DNA of 21,415 nucleotides from a virus (Duplodnaviria; Heunggongvirae; Uroviricota; Caudoviricetes): IMG/VR virus record IMGVR_UViG_2617270975_000009, positions 1 to 21,415 of that record; one strand, 5' to 3'. Shown piece by piece: positions 16,629 to 21,415 of this stretch (position 1 is its first letter; each line of letters starts with the position of its first letter). The notes under the pieces were generated by a model. It saw only the letters and a program-made list of their open reading frames with translations, ran no database searches and was not told where the DNA came from. The position numbers and the translations under genes were made by a program.

Positions 16629-16992
16629 AAATGCAGAAATGGCGCTTAGCTCCGCAATCGGAGAGCAGGTGGCAAAGATTGCTGGTGCTGTGTGGATTCA
16701 TAACCTTCATTCTACTGGTGAAGAGAAAATGGCAATTCAGACGCCAGAGGGACGCACCATTACTACATCTCTGAAGCCGTCAGATGTTTGTGATCTGATT
16801 TGCGCATTCATGTACCCAGCAATGAGGACTGTCCACGGCGATAAGTGGAAACTTGCGACAACCGCTGAATTTGATATGTGGCTAAACAATGATGGCATGC
16901 TGACTGATTACGGAATAACCAAGTGGCAGATGCTGGTTAGCCATATCGCAAACGCTATAGACCACGTGGGGTACGGTGATGCGAAACATTGA
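16621..16992 (+). CDS. Hypothetical protein
   Basis: 123 aa; GGGAGG ribosome-binding site 5 nt upstream; overlaps the primase start. Confidence 0.6.
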   Translation: MRENAEMALSSAIGEQVAKIAGAVWIHNLHSTGEEKMAIQTPEGRTITTSLKPSDVCDLICAFMYPAMRTVHGDKWKLATTAEFDMWLNNDGMLTDYGITKWQMLVSHIANAIDHVGYGDAKH

Positions 16993-19735
16993 TCTTATCC
17001 GTCAGGTTATCAGTGCGTCTGAAAACAACTGGCCTCATGTGCTGGGCTGCCTGAACATAAATGTCCCTGACTCTCCGCGCCGTCATGCTCCCTGCCCTGC
17101 ATGTGGGGGCAAAGATCGATTCCGGTTCGATGACAACGGGCGCGGTAGCTTCATCTGTAATCAGTGCGGCGCTGGTGATGGGCTGGATTTAATTAAACGC
17201 GTAAATAACTGCGACACAACAGAGGCGGCGCTTCTTGCCGCTGATGTTCTGGGTATTGATTACCGGACAACGGAAACACCAGAAGCCACCAGCCAGAAAC
17301 GGGAACAACTGGAAACCGAGCGCCAGCGACGCGAACAGGAGCGCCTGAAAAGGGCAGAGAAGGACGAACAACAAAGACGGGATACGTTTTCCCGTCAGTT
17401 TGATGACATGCGCAGAAAGGCTGTAAACGGCAAATCTGATTATCTGGTTGCGAAAGGGGTAGGTGATTTTACATTCCCCGTGTTGCCCGATGGATCTCTG
17501 TTGCTGGCGCTGGTGGATAAATCCGGCGCAGTCACAGCAGCACAGACTATTACATCACATGGTGAAAAAAGACTCCTGACAGGTTCAGCAAAGCGGGGGG
17601 CATATCACGCCATAAACGCGCCAGAAACAACACAGAGCATCTTAATCGCAGAAGGGCTGGCAACGGCATTATCTGCCCATTTAATTCGTCCAGAGGCGCT
17701 GACAGTGGCGGCGATTGATGCCGGGAACCTGTTATATGTCGCCCAGGTACTGCGGGATAAATTTCCTTCAGCACAAATCATCATTGCTGCGGATAACGAC
17801 CACAGCGAAGGAAGACAAAACACGGGGAGAATAGCAGCAGAAAAAGCAGCTTTATCTGTTTCTGGATGGGTGGCATTACCCCCGACAGATCACAAAGCAG
17901 ACTGGAATGATTACCACCAAAAACACGGCATTAAATGCGCCACAGAAGCGTTCAATAAGTCAATGTACCAACCACAGGGTAATGGCGTGAAACAGGAGCC
18001 ACAGACCATTGAGGGAAGCGATTTTAAGGTTATGGATACCGACCCACTGAAACCAAGAATAGAAAGCCGCGAGGATGGTATTTATTGGGTATCTCCGAGA
18101 GCTGACAGCCAGAGTGGAGAAATCATCAATAACGAAAGCTGGTTATGTTCTCCGTTAAGCGTTATCGGTACTGGCAGAGACGATAAAGACCAGTATCTCA
18201 TTCTTCGCTGGCTGTCGTTTGGTTCTGAAACGCCGACAACCGCTGCCATTCCACTGGCTGATATTGGTGAACGTGAAGGATGGCGCACACTTAAAGCTGG
18301 TGGGGTAAATGTCACGACCAAAAGCAGCCTCAGAGCAATACTGGCAGACTGGCTACAACGCAGTGGCTCTCGTGAATTGTGGCGTGTTGCTCATGCCACT
18401 GGCTGGCAATGCGGAGCGTACATCATGCCTGATGGGGAAATCATCGGAACACCTGAAAATCCTGTGCTGTTCAGCGGGAGAAGCTCAGCCGCAGCCGGAT
18501 ATACCGTCTCAGGGAGCGCGAAAAGCTGGCGTGATAACGTGGCGCGTCTGGCCTTTGGTAACTATTCAATGATGACCGGGATCGGCGCAGCACTGGCAGC
18601 GCCATTGATTGGGCTGGTGGGCGCTGACGGGTTCGGCATTCATTTCTATGAGCAGTCGAGCGCAGGTAAGACCACCACGGCAAACGTGGCGAGCAGCTTA
18701 TACGGCAACCCTGATTTACTGCGGCTGACGTGGTACGGAACCGCGCTGGGGCTGGCAAATGAGGCCGCCGCCCACAATGACGGACTAATGCCGCTTGATG
18801 AAGTTGGTCAGGGCGCTGATCCTGTCAGCGTTTCACAGTCTGCCTATGCGTTATTTAACGGTGTAGGGAAACTGCAAGGCGCTAAAGATGGTGGAAACCG
18901 GGATCTAAAACGCTGGCGTACAGTGGCAATCAGCACCGGAGAAATGGATTTAGAAACATTTATCGCTACTTCCGGGCGAAAAACCAAAGCCGGGCAACTG
19001 GTGCGACTGCTGAATATTCCGTTGAGTAAAGCAGTACGCTTTCACGATTACCAGAACGGAAAACAGCACGCAGACGCACTGAAAGACGCTTACCAGCATC
19101 ACCACGGCGCAGCCGGGCGTGAGTGGATTAAATGGCTGGCAGACCACCAGCAACAGGCTATTAAAACCGTTCGTGATTGCGAAAGCAGATGGAGAAACCT
19201 GATCCCATCCGATTATGGTGAGCAGGTTCACCGTGTAGCCGCGCGATTTGCCATTCTGGAGGCCGCATTGCTGTTAGGCGAGGTTGTAACAGGCTGGGAT
19301 GCTCAGACATGCCGTGATGCGATACAGCACAGCTATAACGCATGGTTGCGCGAGTTCGGCACAGGTAACAAAGAACATCAGCAGATTATTGAACAAACGG
19401 AGGCATTTCTTAATGCCTATGGGCTTAGCCGTTTTGCACCATTTCCATACAGCCCGGCAGATTTGCCCATCAAAGATTTAGCCGGATACCGTCAGCGTGG
19501 AGAACATGACGAAAGCCCAATGATTTTCTACACATTCCCGGCCACATTTGAAAAGGAGATCGCATGTGGTTTCAACGCAAAACAGTTTGCTGAAGTGTTG
19601 AAAAAAGCCGGGATGCTAACCCCACCAAACAGCGGTCGTGGATACCAAAGAAAATCACCACGTATTCAGGGACGACAAATAAACGTTTATGTACTCAATT
19701 ACCAGCCAGGAGATTATAACTCATCTGAAGAATGA
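16979..19735 (+). CDS. Primase-helicase (P4 alpha-like: zinc-ribbon primase, TOPRIM, P-loop NTPase)
   Basis: About 918 aa. N-terminal CPACGG...FICNQCGAGDG zinc ribbon; TOPRIM acidic motifs (ILIAEGLATA, IIIAADNDHSEG); Walker A-like YEQSSAGKTT in the C-terminal half. ATG at 16979; the ORF-table start at 16976 is a GTG. Confidence 0.9.
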   Translation: MRNIDLIRQVISASENNWPHVLGCLNINVPDSPRRHAPCPACGGKDRFRFDDNGRGSFICNQCGAGDGLDLIKRVNNCDTTEAALLAADVLGIDYRTTETPEATSQKREQLETERQRREQERLKRAEKDEQQRRDTFSRQFDDMRRKAVNGKSDYLVAKGVGDFTFPVLPDGSLLLALVDKSGAVTAAQTITSHGEKRLLTGSAKRGAYHAINAPETTQSILIAEGLATALSAHLIRPEALTVAAIDAGNLLYVAQVLRDKFPSAQIIIAADNDHSEGRQNTGRIAAEKAALSVSGWVALPPTDHKADWNDYHQKHGIKCATEAFNKSMYQPQGNGVKQEPQTIEGSDFKVMDTDPLKPRIESREDGIYWVSPRADSQSGEIINNESWLCSPLSVIGTGRDDKDQYLILRWLSFGSETPTTAAIPLADIGEREGWRTLKAGGVNVTTKSSLRAILADWLQRSGSRELWRVAHATGWQCGAYIMPDGEIIGTPENPVLFSGRSSAAAGYTVSGSAKSWRDNVARLAFGNYSMMTGIGAALAAPLIGLVGADGFGIHFYEQSSAGKTTTANVASSLYGNPDLLRLTWYGTALGLANEAAAHNDGLMPLDEVGQGADPVSVSQSAYALFNGVGKLQGAKDGGNRDLKRWRTVAISTGEMDLETFIATSGRKTKAGQLVRLLNIPLSKAVRFHDYQNGKQHADALKDAYQHHHGAAGREWIKWLADHQQQAIKTVRDCESRWRNLIPSDYGEQVHRVAARFAILEAALLLGEVVTGWDAQTCRDAIQHSYNAWLREFGTGNKEHQQIIEQTEAFLNAYGLSRFAPFPYSPADLPIKDLAGYRQRGEHDESPMIFYTFPATFEKEIACGFNAKQFAEVLKKAGMLTPPNSGRGYQRKSPRIQGRQINVYVLNYQPGDYNSSEE

Positions 19736-19757
19736 GCTTCTTCATGTGCGTAGAAAA

Positions 19758-19873
19758 GGTGTTGGTTCAGTTGGTTCAGTTGGTTCAATTTGTAAAGGGT
19801 ATTGTTTTATAAGGATTTTATTCTTTTTATTGAACCAACACTGAACCAACAACACGGTATTTTGAACCAACAC
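19758..19873 (+). repeat. Iteron cluster, putative replication origin of the satellite-like element
   Basis: Three tandem GTTGGTTCA repeats (19761-19787), an AT-rich spacer, then three spaced inverted TGAACCAAC repeats (19831, 19842, 19863), immediately downstream of the primase-helicase gene. Inverted, diverged homolog of 7548-7670. Confidence 0.7.
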
Positions 19874-20181
19874 AATGTGACTGAATTGATGCGCACAACA
19901 CCTGGCTGGCATCAGAGAGTGTTTTACGAGACTTTCGTAAAATCCTGTGTACAAGGGCGTGACGTTTTTGAAAGTGAGCACTACGAAATTTTCGTAGTTC
20001 AAAAAACAGCCTCTGAGAAGTTGTTATGCCTGTTCAGCAAACCATCCGCATAGCTGATCGCGAATCAAATTACCAATGGAGCCAGAAGCAAGGGCAGAAC
20101 TGAAAAGCGCCTGCCGTGAAGAGTAATGCGACACCATAATGAACCGCCCCGGGTTTCCTGGAGAGTGTTTTATCTGTGAAC

Positions 20182-21072
20182 TCAGGCTGCCAGATCATCG
20201 TTTCCGATGGAAGCATAATAAGCTTTTTCTGCTTCTGCCGGAGGAGTATGGCCCAGCCTTTCCAGCAATCGTCGATTGTTATACCAGTCCACCCACGTGA
20301 GTGTGGCCAGTTCCACTTCTGCACGGTTTTTCCAGCTCTTACGGTGTATTACCTCCGCTTTGTAAAGACCATTGATGCTCTCCGCCATCGCGTTGTCATA
20401 CGAGTCGCCTGTACTTCCTGTTGATGCCAGTAATCCGGCTTCCTTAAGCCGCTGTGTGTAGGCCAGCGATACATACTGAGAACCTTTATCACTGTGATGG
20501 ACCGTGCCGGACGGTCGACGGGCCCATAACGCCTGCTCCAGTGCATCCAGCACGAATGTCGTCTCCATGGACGATGAGACCCGCCACCCCACAATGTATC
20601 CGGCAAACACATCAATGATGAACGCCACATAGACGAAGCCCTGCCATGTGCTGACGTAAGTAAAATCAGCTACCCACAGCTGGTCAGGTCGTTCTGCCAC
20701 GAACTGACGGTTTACGCGGTCGCCTGCGGCAACGGCTTTCCGGCTGATGGTCGTACGGACCTTTTTACCCCGGAGAACACCGGCAAGTCCCATAACTGCC
20801 ATGAGACGTGCCACAGTGCATCTGGCCACTCTGATACCTTCCCGTAACAACTGACGCCAGACTTTACGCACACCGTATACCTGGTGATTTTCATCGTATA
20901 CGCGCTGTATCTCTTTCTTCAGCCAGTCATCGTGCTGCGCACGGGCACTGCGTTTATCCGGATGATGTCGCTGTTGCTGACAATGGTAATACGTTGACGG
21001 GGCAATATGCAGTTCGCTGCATAGCGGTCCGACCCCGTACTGCTCACGCAGCTTATCCAGCAGTGGCATCAT
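20182..21072 (-). CDS. IS3-family transposase OrfB (IS629, DDE catalytic domain)
   Basis: 296 aa ([33 protein letters not shown]...) recognised as IS629 OrfB. Confidence 0.9.
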   Translation of the reverse strand: MMPLLDKLREQYGVGPLCSELHIAPSTYYHCQQQRHHPDKRSARAQHDDWLKKEIQRVYDENHQVYGVRKVWRQLLREGIRVARCTVARLMAVMGLAGVLRGKKVRTTISRKAVAAGDRVNRQFVAERPDQLWVADFTYVSTWQGFVYVAFIIDVFAGYIVGWRVSSSMETTFVLDALEQALWARRPSGTVHHSDKGSQYVSLAYTQRLKEAGLLASTGSTGDSYDNAMAESINGLYKAEVIHRKSWKNRAEVELATLTWVDWYNNRRLLERLGHTPPAEAEKAYYASIGNDDLAA

Positions 21073-21395
21073 TTTTTCCAGAGGCGGTCGAACTCCGCCT
21101 TCGCAAAATAAGCGGAAGCCTGGCGAAGGATATCGTTACTGCGGCGCAGTTCACGATTTTCACGCTCCAGCTCTTTCAGACGCTGACGTTCAGCGGTGGT
21201 GAGCCCTCCATCACCGCCCCCGGTATCCCGCTCATGCTGGCGAACCCAGACACGCAGAGTCTCCGGCGTACAGCCAATCTTTGGAGCAATGGAACAAATT
21301 GTCGCCCATTGTGAGTCATATTCGCCCTGACTTTCCAGAACCATACGGGCTGCCCGTTGACGGACTTCAGGGGAAAAACGAGTATTTTTAGTCAT
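21069..21395 (-). CDS. IS3-family transposase OrfA (IS629)
   Basis: 108 aa, identical to the ORF at 45-371. Confidence 0.9.
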   Translation of the reverse strand: MTKNTRFSPEVRQRAARMVLESQGEYDSQWATICSIAPKIGCTPETLRVWVRQHERDTGGGDGGLTTAERQRLKELERENRELRRSNDILRQASAYFAKAEFDRLWKK

Positions 21396-21415
21396 CCTGT
21401 TTACCTCTTTCTCAG

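Larger units (their letters stand above)
20140..21415 (-). mobile_element. IS629 (IS3 family), essentially complete; about 34 bp of one end lies beyond the window
   Basis: Begins at 20140 with TGAACCGCCCCGGGTTTCCTGGAGAG (the terminal inverted repeat). Contains orfA and orfB in -1 frame overlap at an A-run (GGAAAAAATGATG on the minus strand), typical of IS3-family programmed frameshifting. Confidence 0.9.

Noticed and set aside
17189..19481. Multiple short ORFs inside the primase-helicase gene
   Set aside because: They are embedded in a 919 aa gene with clear domain motifs.
19742..20053. ORFs at 19742-20002 (minus) and 19802-20053 (plus)
   Set aside because: Both run through the iteron repeats (the minus-strand one translates them as TEPTEPT) and the hairpin region. 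A real 54 aa gene starting at 19889 cannot be excluded but is unsupported.
20070..20630. ORFs at 20070-20324 (minus), 20176-20424 (plus) and 20349-20630 (minus)
   Set aside because: They are alternate frames within IS629 orfB or cross the IS terminus.

Overview
This window is a mosaic of mobile DNA, probably from an E. coli/Shigella-type enterobacterial genome. All calls rest on reading the six-frame translations and the raw sequence by eye; no database search was run. (1) Both window edges lie inside IS629 (IS3 family, transposase genes on the minus strand). Positions 1-391 are identical to 21025-21415, and the two IS ends that face the intervening DNA are each flanked by TAA, so this is either two direct IS629 copies or one IS629 in a circular ~21,024 bp molecule shown with terminal redundancy. 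(2) Positions 426-5444 carry a tightly coupled plus-strand operon that looks like the P22-type ejection-protein module (gp14/gp7/gp20/gp16-like, 153/225/473/701 aa), preceded by a small ribbon-helix-helix-like ORF and followed by a convergent AT-rich membrane-protein gene. No capsid, terminase or tailspike genes are in the window. (3) Positions 5900-9500 are a scrambled remnant region: a minus-strand AlpA-like gene, a PerC-family regulator, two diverged paralogous small genes, an ori-like iteron cluster, a PRiA4_ORF3-like gene and several short repeated motifs. (4) Positions 9600-19880 are a PICI/P4-like satellite-type integrative element, all on the plus strand: P4-type tyrosine integrase, an AT-rich orphan cargo gene, alpA, an antirepressor-like gene, a chain of translationally coupled small genes, a 919 aa primase-helicase and a downstream iteron cluster that is an inverted, diverged copy of the one at 7548-7670. 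IS629 at 20140 sits where a packaging module would be expected. The best candidates for an undescribed function are the orphan cargo gene at 11227-12108, the small-gene chain at 14611-16992, and the hairpin/repeat-rich leader at 14349-14580.
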